Part shown: in pieces, positions 9,618 through 18,852 of the stretch
How the letters are laid out: every line of letters starts with the position of its first letter
How positions within the stretch are numbered: position 1 is the stretch's first letter
Assembly: GCA_050633305.1 (NCBI GenBank)
Contig: JBOEGF010000008.1
Coordinates: 64,001-128,000 of the forward strand
From: Nannocystales bacterium
GTDB lineage: Bacteria; Myxococcota_A; Polyangia; Nannocystales; Nannocystaceae
Direction: 5' to 3'
Length of the DNA: 64,000 nucleotides
Program-made: the position numbers and the translations under genes
Notes under the pieces: generated by a model
The model's database searches: none
Told to the model about the DNA's origin: nothing
The model's input: only the letters and a program-made list of their open reading frames with translations

Positions 9618-9645
9618 GCGATCTCGTGGAAGGCCGCGAGATCGC
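9618..9645. terminator. 12-bp stem-loop after ABM-like gene
   Basis: GCGATCTCGTGG-AAGG-CCGCGAGATCGC (one G.U pair). Confidence 0.5.
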
Positions 9646-9810
9646 CGTCCGAGCGCCCAGGTCGAAGTCGGTGGACGCACCGCAGAGGCCGCTGAACAGA
9701 CCCATGTCGTTGCCCGGAGGACAACGACTCGTGCAGGCCACCTCGCAGTTCCCTGCAGCCGTGCAGGATGAGCCGACGAACTCAGGGCCGCAGCGGCGCT
9801 GCAGGAGCGG

Positions 9811-11151
9811 CTAGACCAAGCCGGGGATTGCACCCGTGGTGCTGTCGGCCCAGCCAAACGTCTCGCCGGGAAAGCCAAACATCTCGAGCAACGACGCGCA
9901 CAAGTCCCCGAAGGTTTGCTGGTTGCCAAACGCGAGGTGCCGGCCGCCCTCAAGACCCATGTTGCCGCCACCGAACATCACCAGCGGAAGGTCGTTGGAG
10001 TCATGGGCGGCGCCGTCGCCGAACTCACTGCCCCAAAGGACCACCGTGTTGTCGAGCAGGGTTCCGTCCCCTTCGTCGACCGCGGCAAGCTTGCTCACGA
10101 ACTCGGCGACCGCCGACGCGTACCACTGAAACACCGAGATCATCGCGGGACGACCCTCTGGCGTGTCTCGGGCGCCGTGGATCATCTCGTGCCAAAGGCC
10201 CCACTCGCCGGGGATGTTCTCTCCCAACCAGGGGAATCGAGGGGTATGGCCCGACGAGAAGGTCAGGGTCGCAACCCGCGTCAGTCCGCACGCGAGCGAC
10301 ATCGCCGCCAGCTCAGACATGAGCGGCGCGGTGATGTTGTCGTAGTCGTGATTCGTCTCGTAGTCCTCCGGCGTCGTGACGTCCGGCGCGTCACACTCGA
10401 GCGGAGCAAGGTCGAGCATCTTTTCGAGTTCCCGAATCTTCTCAGCGTGGGCTTCGAGGCGTTGCTTGTCCTGCGTCGAGACCCGCCCGGACAGACCGTC
10501 GAAGTCCTCGATGACCGCGTCGAGCACACTCGCCCGCGTGCTTCGAATTCTCTGAATTGTCGTGGGGGCCTCGGTTTTCTCGAAGTCCGAGAAGAGCCGC
10601 TCAAACGCCGCTTGTGGGCTTCGTTCGAGCGTCACCGGGTCGGCGGGGCCGGCGAAGTGGAGCGAGGATTGGGTTCCGCCGCCGATCGAGAGGTCGACCG
10701 ACGTGTGCGGTGTGCCCTCTCCGATTCGCTGTGCGAGTTCCTGGTCGATCGACGGCCCGGCCGCACTCGTCTGCGAGCTGTGCGAGAACGCCAAGGAGCC
10801 GTCCTTCTGGATGTTCCCCAGCATCGGCATGGCCGTCAGCAGCGTCTTTCCAGAGACACCATGCCCGGCCCCCAAGAGGTTGGTGATCCCGTTGTCGATT
10901 CCCGACAACACATTGATCTGGTCTTGCAAGGGCGCGAGGGGTTCGAGCACAGTCGGCAGCGTGAAGTTGTTGCCGGTCTGCGCGGGCAGCCACGCGTCCG
11001 GGATTGTGCCTTGCGGGTGCATGATCGTGACGAACCGCTTGGGAGAGCCCATCGCCCCCCCTGCCTTGACACGCTGAGACTCGAGAAAGGGCAGGCCCAC
11101 CAGGACCCCACCAGCACCACGGAGAAACGTTCTACGTTGCATTCGATTCAC
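9811..11151 (-). CDS. DUF1552 domain protein (Tat-exported)
   Basis: 'RRTFLRGAGGVLVGLPFLES', 'LEPLAP', 'SIDQELA', 'SVLDAV...D..RLEAH..IRELE', 'LACGLTRVATL', 'GTLLDNTVV'. Confidence 0.9.
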   Translation of the reverse strand: MNRMQRRTFLRGAGGVLVGLPFLESQRVKAGGAMGSPKRFVTIMHPQGTIPDAWLPAQTGNNFTLPTVLEPLAPLQDQINVLSGIDNGITNLLGAGHGVSGKTLLTAMPMLGNIQKDGSLAFSHSSQTSAAGPSIDQELAQRIGEGTPHTSVDLSIGGGTQSSLHFAGPADPVTLERSPQAAFERLFSDFEKTEAPTTIQRIRSTRASVLDAVIEDFDGLSGRVSTQDKQRLEAHAEKIRELEKMLDLAPLECDAPDVTTPEDYETNHDYDNITAPLMSELAAMSLACGLTRVATLTFSSGHTPRFPWLGENIPGEWGLWHEMIHGARDTPEGRPAMISVFQWYASAVAEFVSKLAAVDEGDGTLLDNTVVLWGSEFGDGAAHDSNDLPLVMFGGGNMGLEGGRHLAFGNQQTFGDLCASLLEMFGFPGETFGWADSTTGAIPGLV

Positions 11152-12887
11152 TCTTTCTCAGCGGTGACGCGGTAGAGGAAGGCGTCGCTGGTCAACAAGG
11201 CGAGGAGGGCTTCGTCGAGGGTGGAGTCGGCGTCGACGAACTGCGCGGTCACATCCTGGACCACACACTCGTCCTCGGACTCGGCGTGCCTGCCCCAGCT
11301 GTACTGAATCCACTGACTCACGTAGCAGTCGCGGGTCGCGTCGCGCTCCGCGAGCGCGGTTCCGAGTTCCTGCGCGCCGACGAACTCCACACGGTCAGAG
11401 CCCTCCACCACGCCTGAGGCATCGACAGGGTCTCCATTCTCGTCCAGTGCTCGCCACGCACCCACAGCGTCGTAGTGCTCCAGACCGAGGCCGATCGGGT
11501 TCATCAAGACGTGGCAACTCGCGCAGGTCGGCTCCGCAGACAACAACGCCCACTTCTCTCGCTCGGTCGAACCCGCGGGAAACTCGACCGAAGCCTCGGC
11601 GTCCGGCGGCGGCGGCGGGAGCACGTTGCACAGGAACTGCTCACGAACCAGGAGGCCGCGCTCGATGGCGTTGGTTGTCCGTTCCGCCGAGTTCGAGGCG
11701 AGAACCAGCGGCAGCGTCAACACGCCCGCGCGCTCTTGGTCTGCGAGGTCGATGTCCCACCACGAATCCTCGGCGGCGGGATCGACGTCTACGCCGTAGT
11801 GCGCCGCCAACGTAGAGTCGACCTCGGTCGTGGTGCTGGTGAGCAGATCGCGGAGCGTGCCGCCATCGTGCAGCCGTCCCACGGTTCGAGACAGCTCTTC
11901 GCGCATCGACGCGATCAGGGCATCGCTGAAGTCGGGGAACTGCTCGGGGTCCTTTGCGCTCTCGTCGAGTTGCCCAGCGTGCAGCCACTCGGTGTAGAAC
12001 CGAGACAGCCCCTGGCTAGCCTCTGGGGACGCGAGCATGCGCTCGATCTCCTCGCGGATCTCCTCGGGATCCTGGAGCCTCCCCGCATCCGCAGCCTCGC
12101 GTAGCGCCGTGTCCGGTGGTCCGTCCCACAGGAGGTAGGACAGCCGTGCCGCGACCTCGTGATCGGTCAGCCGAACCAGTCCCGGCTCGTCCGGAACCGG
12201 GACGCCCTCCTCCACGAGGTACAAGAACTGCGGCATCTGAAGCGCAGCCGCAACGACCGCTGCAACGCCGACAGGATGGTCTTCGTTCGCGGAGACCTCG
12301 TCATAGACCAACTTCAAGAGCTGGTGCTCGTCATCGCGGAGAGGTCGCCGAAATGCCCGCGCACCGAAGTCCTCGATAAAGATGTCGGCACACGTAGACG
12401 CCTCTTCAGCACACGGGGCAAGCGTGTCGAGTTGGTCGGCAACACTCGCAGCAACCGACTCAGCGGACATCTGGATCTGCTCGGCCGAGAGCTGCGAGAC
12501 GACGTTCTTGTTGGGGTCGTTGCTGTAGCCGCCCAACGCAGGGTCGGTCTGGGGAAACGTTTCGCCGGGGTCCACTGCCCCGCCGAAGAGTGCTTCGATG
12601 GTGTTTCGATACTGCACCGCGGTCAGTCGACGCATCGGCGCGCTACCTAGGCTCGTGGCACCACAAGCAGCCGGAGCGTCGGGCTCGTTGTCGCCGTCGT
12701 CACCGCTCGATCCGTCGCCGGGCCCAGTCGTCCCCGGGTCACCCGAGTCCGCGCCGTCGGTCGCGTCCGGCATCTCGGCGTCGACCATCTCGACGCCCTC
12801 GTAGCATCCGAGAATCCCCGAAGACGCGGTCGCAACCAGTGCGAGCCGAAGCCTGCTTCGGATTCGTGTTCTCTGCCCCACGTGCAC
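11148..12887 (-). CDS. DUF1592/DUF1588/DUF1595 (PSCyt-type) lipoprotein with CxxCH
   Basis: 'ILGC' lipobox, 'RRLTAVQYRNTI', 'RAFRRPL', 'PQFLY', 'ARLSYLLW', 'CASCHVLMNPIGLGLEHYDAVG'. Confidence 0.9.
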   Translation of the reverse strand: MHVGQRTRIRSRLRLALVATASSGILGCYEGVEMVDAEMPDATDGADSGDPGTTGPGDGSSGDDGDNEPDAPAACGATSLGSAPMRRLTAVQYRNTIEALFGGAVDPGETFPQTDPALGGYSNDPNKNVVSQLSAEQIQMSAESVAASVADQLDTLAPCAEEASTCADIFIEDFGARAFRRPLRDDEHQLLKLVYDEVSANEDHPVGVAAVVAAALQMPQFLYLVEEGVPVPDEPGLVRLTDHEVAARLSYLLWDGPPDTALREAADAGRLQDPEEIREEIERMLASPEASQGLSRFYTEWLHAGQLDESAKDPEQFPDFSDALIASMREELSRTVGRLHDGGTLRDLLTSTTTEVDSTLAAHYGVDVDPAAEDSWWDIDLADQERAGVLTLPLVLASNSAERTTNAIERGLLVREQFLCNVLPPPPPDAEASVEFPAGSTEREKWALLSAEPTCASCHVLMNPIGLGLEHYDAVGAWRALDENGDPVDASGVVEGSDRVEFVGAQELGTALAERDATRDCYVSQWIQYSWGRHAESEDECVVQDVTAQFVDADSTLDEALLALLTSDAFLYRVTAEKE

Positions 12888-12934
12888 GAGGGCCCAGTTG
12901 CGCGAGCCCCAAGGATGTCACGCGGTTTTTTCGA

Positions 12935-13807
12935 TTACCGCTCTCGGCGCCCGCGGGCCACGTAGTGAACGATTCCCGCGACGACAAGCGCTCCCCCCAC
13001 ACACAGCGTCGCGATCCCCGCGATGTCGAGTCGGCGCGCGAGCTCGATATCGTCCGAGAATCGGGCTTCGTCGTCGTTTGCCGCGTTACGAAAGCGAAGC
13101 CGAGAGGCGAGGAGAACTCCACCGCCCGCGAGCGCCACACCCAATCCCGCGCCACCGAGGCCCGCGGACAGGGGGTCGATACGACGTGGCGATTGGGGTT
13201 CAGTCACAACAGTGGGGGCAGGCGGCACCATCACCGCTGCCGTGGGAGGCGGGACGACGGGAGGCGGAGGAGCCCCACACGACTCGAGCTCGCGACGTGC
13301 GGACTCCAGTCGCGGCGAGAACGGGGCCTGCAGTGCGAACGCATCGATGAGCGCCGCGGCGGAGTCGCAGTCTTCGTCCGCGATCTCCACCGAAGCTCGA
13401 GCGAGGAGCAGCTCGGGCGAAGCCGGTGTCGCGCCGAGTTCCATCAGTCGGCGGCGGGCGTCGTCGTAGTCCCCAGCCTTTACATCGGCATGCGCTGCGC
13501 CGATCGCTTGCAACATCACACGACATTCTCCGGCCCATGCCCGGGCGTCTTCTCGGGCCTTAGGAGCCTCGTTGAGGGCGATAAACCGCTCGTAGAGCTC
13601 TTCCGCGCGTGCACAGTCCCCGCCTGCCCGTGCCGCTTGAGCCTGCCCATAGATGTAACGCGGCGCGGGATCGAGAGCGTGCGCCCGTCGCAGAGCCTCG
13701 GCGGCGGCCTCGTAGTCACGCTTCTCGAAGGCCGCACTCGCGGCTTCAGTGTGCTCGCCCGCAGTGGGGGCGGCGAGCGTCAGCGACATCACCAAGCGCA
13801 GCAGCAC
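12935..13807 (-). CDS. Secreted TPR protein with two C-terminal TM helices
   Basis: Signal peptide, TPR-like repeats, Pro-rich linker, two hydrophobic C-terminal segments. Confidence 0.75.
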   Translation of the reverse strand: MLLRLVMSLTLAAPTAGEHTEAASAAFEKRDYEAAAEALRRAHALDPAPRYIYGQAQAARAGGDCARAEELYERFIALNEAPKAREDARAWAGECRVMLQAIGAAHADVKAGDYDDARRRLMELGATPASPELLLARASVEIADEDCDSAAALIDAFALQAPFSPRLESARRELESCGAPPPPVVPPPTAAVMVPPAPTVVTEPQSPRRIDPLSAGLGGAGLGVALAGGGVLLASRLRFRNAANDDEARFSDDIELARRLDIAGIATLCVGGALVVAGIVHYVARGRRER

Positions 13808-13831
13808 GGCGGGGACGATACAAGATCCGGC

Positions 13832-15244
13832 TCATTCGGGCTCGGGGAAGAGTCCATCTCTACTCCGCGGCGACTCACTACGGCGGCGTTTCTTCCCCGA
13901 TGCCTTCTTTCTGCGACGGCGCTTCGGGGTCCGCGGAGCCAACTCGACAGACGCGTCATCAGAGCCAACGGTCGGCGTCCCGCCAGGGGCTTCAGGCACC
14001 GGCTCCTCCACCACCGCACCCAGGTCCGGAGGAGCACTCGGCGGAGGGTCCTGCGGACCGGGGACGTCACCATCGACCGTGGCGGACGTCTCGGGAGGCA
14101 CCGAGGGTGCCCCGCCTGCGATAGCCTCAGAGCCGTCCAGCCGGGCCACAGCCCAGCCCCCGCCGAGGGCACCAGCGATGGCGAGCGCTGCGAGGCCGAC
14201 GCGCAGGGGCGTGCGGGAACGAACCCTCTCAGACACGGTCGGATTCGACGCAGCCATGTCGAGTTGGGTCCAGTCGGTGGCTGTCGGCGGCGGCGGCGTC
14301 TCGAAGAGCGTTCCCAGCAGACTCTTGAGGGTGAGCGCCGAGGTATCCAGCCGGGCTTCTCGTGCGAACTCTTCAAGCTCGCGCAGCATCACCGATGCGC
14401 TCTCGTACCGGTCTTCGACCTTGCGATGAAGCGCCTTCTCGATGATCCGCTCCAGTGCAGGAGGGTAGTCCGGAACGGCTTCGGAGGGCGGCACGTACTC
14501 CACCCGCGAGATCCGGTTCATCACGGACAAGTCGTTGTTTCCCGCGAACATACGGAACCCCGTGGTGACCTCGTACAAGAGAATCCCAAGGGCGAACACG
14601 TCGCTGCGGTGGTCGACGGGGAGCCCGTTGCACTGTTCTGGGGACATATACCCCCGTTTCCCCTTGATCGTGCCCGACTCGGTCACTGCCGGGATTTCGG
14701 ACGCTTTCGCGATTCCGAAGTCGACCACCTTCACGACGCCGTCGAATCGCAACAGCACGTTGGATGGCGAGATGTCGCGGTGAACGATCCCGAGCCGACG
14801 CCCCTGTGCATCGACACTCTCGTGGGCGTAGAGCGCTGCCGCGCAAACCTCGATGGCGATCCCGACCGCGCACCCCAGCGGCAGAGGCCTGCTCTCCTGG
14901 GCCGCGCGGCGGAGAACCTGACGAAGGTCACGGCCGTGCACGTACTCCATCTCGATGAAGTACCGCTCATCAACTTTGCCAACGCTGAAGACCTGAGCGA
15001 TGCTCGGGTGGTGCAGGTTGCTCGCGATCCGGGCCTCACGCAGAAACATCTCCGCGAACGTGGGGTCGTCTGCGAGATGAGGGAGGACCAACTTCAGTGC
15101 GACGAGTCGCTCGACACCGAGCTTCTCGATCCGCGCGAGGAAGAGCTCTGCCATGCCTCCACGCCCCACACGCTCAAGCAACGTGTAGGACCCGAAGCGG
15201 CGCAGCGGCACCTCGACGTCCGGTTCAACCAACGGGCTCAGCAT
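13832..15244 (-). CDS. Hanks-type Ser/Thr protein kinase, membrane-anchored
   Basis: 'GRGGMAELF', 'VALK', 'HRDISPSN', 'DFGIAK', 'YMSPEQ', TM helix, basic tail; start uncertain. Confidence 0.95.
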   Translation of the reverse strand: MLSPLVEPDVEVPLRRFGSYTLLERVGRGGMAELFLARIEKLGVERLVALKLVLPHLADDPTFAEMFLREARIASNLHHPSIAQVFSVGKVDERYFIEMEYVHGRDLRQVLRRAAQESRPLPLGCAVGIAIEVCAAALYAHESVDAQGRRLGIVHRDISPSNVLLRFDGVVKVVDFGIAKASEIPAVTESGTIKGKRGYMSPEQCNGLPVDHRSDVFALGILLYEVTTGFRMFAGNNDLSVMNRISRVEYVPPSEAVPDYPPALERIIEKALHRKVEDRYESASVMLRELEEFAREARLDTSALTLKSLLGTLFETPPPPTATDWTQLDMAASNPTVSERVRSRTPLRVGLAALAIAGALGGGWAVARLDGSEAIAGGAPSVPPETSATVDGDVPGPQDPPPSAPPDLGAVVEEPVPEAPGGTPTVGSDDASVELAPRTPKRRRRKKASGKKRRRSESPRSRDGLFPEPE

Positions 15245-15247
15245 AGC

Positions 15248-16666
15248 GTGGCTTCCCCAGAACGTCGTCCCGCGCGAAGGTCATGGTTTCGCGGGCTGAG
15301 CGCGTTGGGCGTGACGGCGCTGTGGTGGTCGCAGCTCGCATGCTTGCCCACAGCCAAGTTTCAGTGCTCGAACGATTCGGAATGCACAGGCGGAGTCCAG
15401 GGTCGCTGCGAGTCGACGCTCTACTGCAGCTACGAAGACACGTCCTGTGACGGACAACGTAGGTACAGCAACTGGGCAAGCGCCGCGCTGGCGGGAGCGT
15501 GTGTACAGCCTGAGGGTTCGAACACCAGCGAGACGACATCGTCGTCGACCGGGGTCGAGACGTCCGTGGCAACGCTCGAAGGTACGCAGACCTCCAGTTC
15601 ATCGTCGCGCTCGTCATCCTCGACCGGCTCGCCCGCTCCAGAGGGCTGGTGGAACTGCGAGTGGACCAGGCGCCGCGTACTCACCGTGGACGCCAAGCTC
15701 CCCGCAGACGTGTCGGACTTCACGGCGTTGGTCCGACTCGACGATGCCGCATCGCTCGACCTCGCAGACGATGGGTCCGACCTGCGGTTCGTCGACGCGG
15801 AAAGCGGCGAACTCCTGCCTCACGAAGTGGAGTCGTGGTCACCCGAGGGCACCTCCACGCTGTGGGTTCGACTGCCGCAGCTGCGCGACACCACAGCCGT
15901 GCACGTGTACGGCGGTGCCGGACAAGTCGACTCTGCGGAGGATGCTGCCGCGACATGGCCGGCTTCCCACGTCGCCGTGTGGCACATGGATGGCAGCGAG
16001 GACTCGACGAGCTTCGGCCACGAACTCAGCGTCAACGGACCGACCGATACCCAAGGCATCGTCGGGACGGCGTTCGCGTTCGATGGTGCCAGCGACAACA
16101 TCAACGCCGGCTCGCCCCAGAACCTGCAAAACCTATTCGCAGATTCGGCCACAGTCATGGCTTGGGTCCGCCTCGACGCCTTCCCCGAATCCTTCGGTCG
16201 GGTCATCAGCAAGTCGCAGACCGACGTCGGCCATGCGGGATGGTATTTCGGAACAGCCGCCTCCACGGGGGACGGTCAACCCGAACGAACACTGGTCTTC
16301 TACCGAGGTCTCGGCGACGGATTCAGCGGCCGCTGGGCGGCCCCCACGGATTCGGTCACCGCCGGGGAGTGGGCGTTCATCGCCGTCGCCTTGGACTACA
16401 CGAAGGACGGGGTCCCGCAGTTCCATGTCGATGGCGAACCGCGCTTCGGGACATCGGTCAACGGCGGGTTCAGCGGTGTCAACGACGCCCCCTACCCACT
16501 TCTGTTCGGCAACAGTCCAACGGGGGGGCAGACCGTCGACGGGGACATCGACGAGGTCCGAATCCTCAACGTCGCCCTGTCCACCGAGCGGATCGCCCTC
16601 GAACACCTCTCGATGCGAGACGGCCTATGGAACATAGGCCCCCTCCAGGAAAGCCCTTGCCCGTGA
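15248..16666 (+). CDS. Lipoprotein with Cys-rich N-domain, DUF2341 and LamG/concanavalin-like domains
   Basis: 'QLAC' lipobox, Cys-rich segment, 'WW..W..RR', 'DGSDLRFVD...LLPHEVESW', 'FAFDG', 'DGDIDEVRI'; start uncertain. Confidence 0.8.
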   Translation: MASPERRPARRSWFRGLSALGVTALWWSQLACLPTAKFQCSNDSECTGGVQGRCESTLYCSYEDTSCDGQRRYSNWASAALAGACVQPEGSNTSETTSSSTGVETSVATLEGTQTSSSSSRSSSSTGSPAPEGWWNCEWTRRRVLTVDAKLPADVSDFTALVRLDDAASLDLADDGSDLRFVDAESGELLPHEVESWSPEGTSTLWVRLPQLRDTTAVHVYGGAGQVDSAEDAAATWPASHVAVWHMDGSEDSTSFGHELSVNGPTDTQGIVGTAFAFDGASDNINAGSPQNLQNLFADSATVMAWVRLDAFPESFGRVISKSQTDVGHAGWYFGTAASTGDGQPERTLVFYRGLGDGFSGRWAAPTDSVTAGEWAFIAVALDYTKDGVPQFHVDGEPRFGTSVNGGFSGVNDAPYPLLFGNSPTGGQTVDGDIDEVRILNVALSTERIALEHLSMRDGLWNIGPLQESPCP

Positions 16667-17268
16667 CGGACGAGCCCTCTTGGGTGCGCGCCTGGGCATC
16701 CGGCGACGCAACGGCCGGCGAGCGACTGACCGCACGGCACTACGCCAGCATGCGCAGGTTCTTCGACCTACGCGTTCCATCCGCCTCCGAAGACCTGACC
16801 CAGCGGACGTTCCTGGCGTGTGCCGAGCGGATCTCCTCGTTCCGAGGCGACGCGCCCTTCGTCGGTTTCCTCTTCGGCATCGCCCGCAACCAGCTGGCGA
16901 TGTACCTGCGCCGCCGTGGCACCAGTGACCGGCTCGTCTCGTTCGCATCGTCGGGCGGGAGCGACACCGTCACCACGCCCACCGGATTGATTGCCCGCCG
17001 CGAAGAACAAGGCCTGATCCTTCGCGCGTTCGAGCAGCTGAGCGACGAACAGAAGATGGTCATCGAGCTGTTCTACTGGGAGGGGATGGCCGTCGCGGAG
17101 ATCGGCCAGGTGCTGCGCCTGTCGGTCTCGGCGGTGACCAGCCGCCTCTCGCGGGCACGTGGCGCGATGCGGTCATTTCTGGAGTCGCTTCAACTCCGCG
17201 AGAGTGCGCGGCACAGTGTCCTGAGCGACATGGATCGCTGGGCGAGAAGCCTGCGCGAGGACGGGTGA
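16663..17268 (+). CDS. ECF sigma-70 factor
   Basis: 'EDLTQRTFL', 'FLFGIARN', region 4 'ELFYWEGMAVAEIGQVL...SAVTSRLSRAR'; GTGA overlap. Confidence 0.88.
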   Translation: MTDEPSWVRAWASGDATAGERLTARHYASMRRFFDLRVPSASEDLTQRTFLACAERISSFRGDAPFVGFLFGIARNQLAMYLRRRGTSDRLVSFASSGGSDTVTTPTGLIARREEQGLILRAFEQLSDEQKMVIELFYWEGMAVAEIGQVLRLSVSAVTSRLSRARGAMRSFLESLQLRESARHSVLSDMDRWARSLREDG

Positions 17269-17290
17269 CCCCCGCTGGACAGACGATTTT

Positions 17291-18169
17291 CTACGATTCG
17301 AACCTCGTCAGTTTCTCCGGGTTTCGCACCGCGAAGATACGGTCGATGAGCCCATCCTCGACGGCGAGGCCGATCGCGGCGATGACCCGGCCTCGCTGTC
17401 GGATAAGGATCCCCGGGGTGCCGTTGAACCACTCCTCGTCGAGCTGCACGCTACGTCGACTGGGAACCTGTTGACGCCAGATCCTCGCGAAGAATGCTGA
17501 GACCGCTTCGGGACCCCGCAGGACATCAGGCGCGGTCGGGACTCGCCCTCCCCCATCGGAGTGCAGCTCGACCGACTCGGAGAGCAGCATCTCCAGACGC
17601 TCGAACTCCCCGGCGTGCGCGGCCTCGAAGAAAGCCCCCAGCAGTCTCCGATGTTGCTGTGGATCCGCGTCCCGGCGCGGACGTTCACGACGCACTCGTG
17701 TTCTCGCCCGAGAGGCCAGTTTTCGGCACGTAGGCTCGGACTTCCCAAGCATGTTCGACACCTCGCCAAACGCATAGCCGAACACATCATGCAGCAAGAA
17801 TGCCGCACGCTCCGCGGGCGTCAGCGTCTCCATCGCAACCATCAAGGCGATGGAGACAGACTCGTCGAGTTGCGCCTTCGCCGACGGGTCTCCTTCCGCC
17901 GACTCGACGAACGGTTCGGGCAGCCAGATCCCGACGTATTCCTCGCGACGAGCGCGAGCAGACTTCATTGCATCGACCGCCAAACGACTACAGACCGTCA
18001 TCAACCACGAGCGAGGCTCGCGAATCACCGCTCGGTCGGCAGCACACCAGCGCACGTGAGTCTCTTGAACGATGTCTTGAGCGTCGGCGAGTACGCCACA
18101 CATCCGGTACGCCAAGCCTTCCAGCGTTCTGCGATGGGCTTCAAACTCGCCCGCATCTTCCGCTCGCAT
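17291..18169 (-). CDS. sigJ: ECF41 (SigJ-like) sigma factor with SnoaL-like extension
   Basis: 'AYRMCG..ADAQDIVQE', 'YVGIWLPEP', 'HSDGGG', 'RNPEKL'. Confidence 0.9.
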   Translation of the reverse strand: MRAEDAGEFEAHRRTLEGLAYRMCGVLADAQDIVQETHVRWCAADRAVIREPRSWLMTVCSRLAVDAMKSARARREEYVGIWLPEPFVESAEGDPSAKAQLDESVSIALMVAMETLTPAERAAFLLHDVFGYAFGEVSNMLGKSEPTCRKLASRARTRVRRERPRRDADPQQHRRLLGAFFEAAHAGEFERLEMLLSESVELHSDGGGRVPTAPDVLRGPEAVSAFFARIWRQQVPSRRSVQLDEEWFNGTPGILIRQRGRVIAAIGLAVEDGLIDRIFAVRNPEKLTRFES

Positions 18170-18170
18170 C

Positions 18171-18785
18171 TCAGCGAGGATCGCCGCCGTGAAAGAGGCT
18201 GTCGACATCATCACGGGCTTTCTCGACCCGGGCCTCGAGCGCACCGTCGGGGGTCTTCGTACCTTCGAGATGGACAGTCTGGATGTCCGTCACACCGATG
18301 TAGGCAAACACCGCGCGCAGCGTCGGCCGTTGGAAATCCGGACTGGAGTCCGCCGTTCCACCTCTTGCGGTGATGAGGGTGACTCGCTTCCCGCACAGCA
18401 GCCCTTGCGGGCCGTTTATGCCGTACGCGACCGTGCGACCCAGCCGCACGATGTGGTCCACCCAGGCCTTGAGCGCGGAGGGCATCGCGAAGTTGTACAG
18501 GGCACTGCTGACAAGGATGTCGTCGGCTTCCTCGAGTTCCGCGACGAGTTGGTCCGACATCGCGACGCCCGCTGGCACGGGCTCGATCTCGGGCTCGTCA
18601 CCTGCGTAGAAGACAGCGACCGTCGCCGCGTCCAGATGAGGCACGGGGTCCTGAACCAGATCCCGGGTCACAACCGCCCCTTGAGGGTTTCGTTCACGCC
18701 ACAACTGCTCGTAGTGGGACGCCAAGCGGCGGGAGTGGGATTGAGGTCCCTGCCCGCTCGCATCGAGTCGTAGAAGTCTTCGCAT
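18171..18785 (-). CDS. azoR: FMN-dependent NADH-azoreductase
   Basis: 'LLRLDAS', 'SRRLA', 'RDL...PVPHLD', 'SDQLVAELEEAD', 'YNFAMPSALKAWVD', 'TARGG'. Confidence 0.88.
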   Translation of the reverse strand: MRRLLRLDASGQGPQSHSRRLASHYEQLWRERNPQGAVVTRDLVQDPVPHLDAATVAVFYAGDEPEIEPVPAGVAMSDQLVAELEEADDILVSSALYNFAMPSALKAWVDHIVRLGRTVAYGINGPQGLLCGKRVTLITARGGTADSSPDFQRPTLRAVFAYIGVTDIQTVHLEGTKTPDGALEARVEKARDDVDSLFHGGDPR

Positions 18786-18796
18786 CTCACAGGGAA

Positions 18797-18823
18797 GACG
18801 AATCCCCCGGCTCAAACGTGACC
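18797..18823 (-). promoter_or_regulatory. ECF41-type promoter GGTCACG-N16-CGTC
   Basis: Minus strand ggtcacg-tttgagccgggggatt-cgtc, 11 nt before azoR ATG; fits ECF41 consensus TGTCACA-N16-CGTC. Confidence 0.75.
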
Positions 18824-18852
18824 GCCGCCGTCGTATTTCTCTGCCCTCGGGC

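Noticed and set aside
12590..15247. 5' part of the 1358-aa plus-strand ORF
   Set aside because: It is the antisense shadow of the kinase and TPR genes; only ~15248-16666 has protein-like domains.
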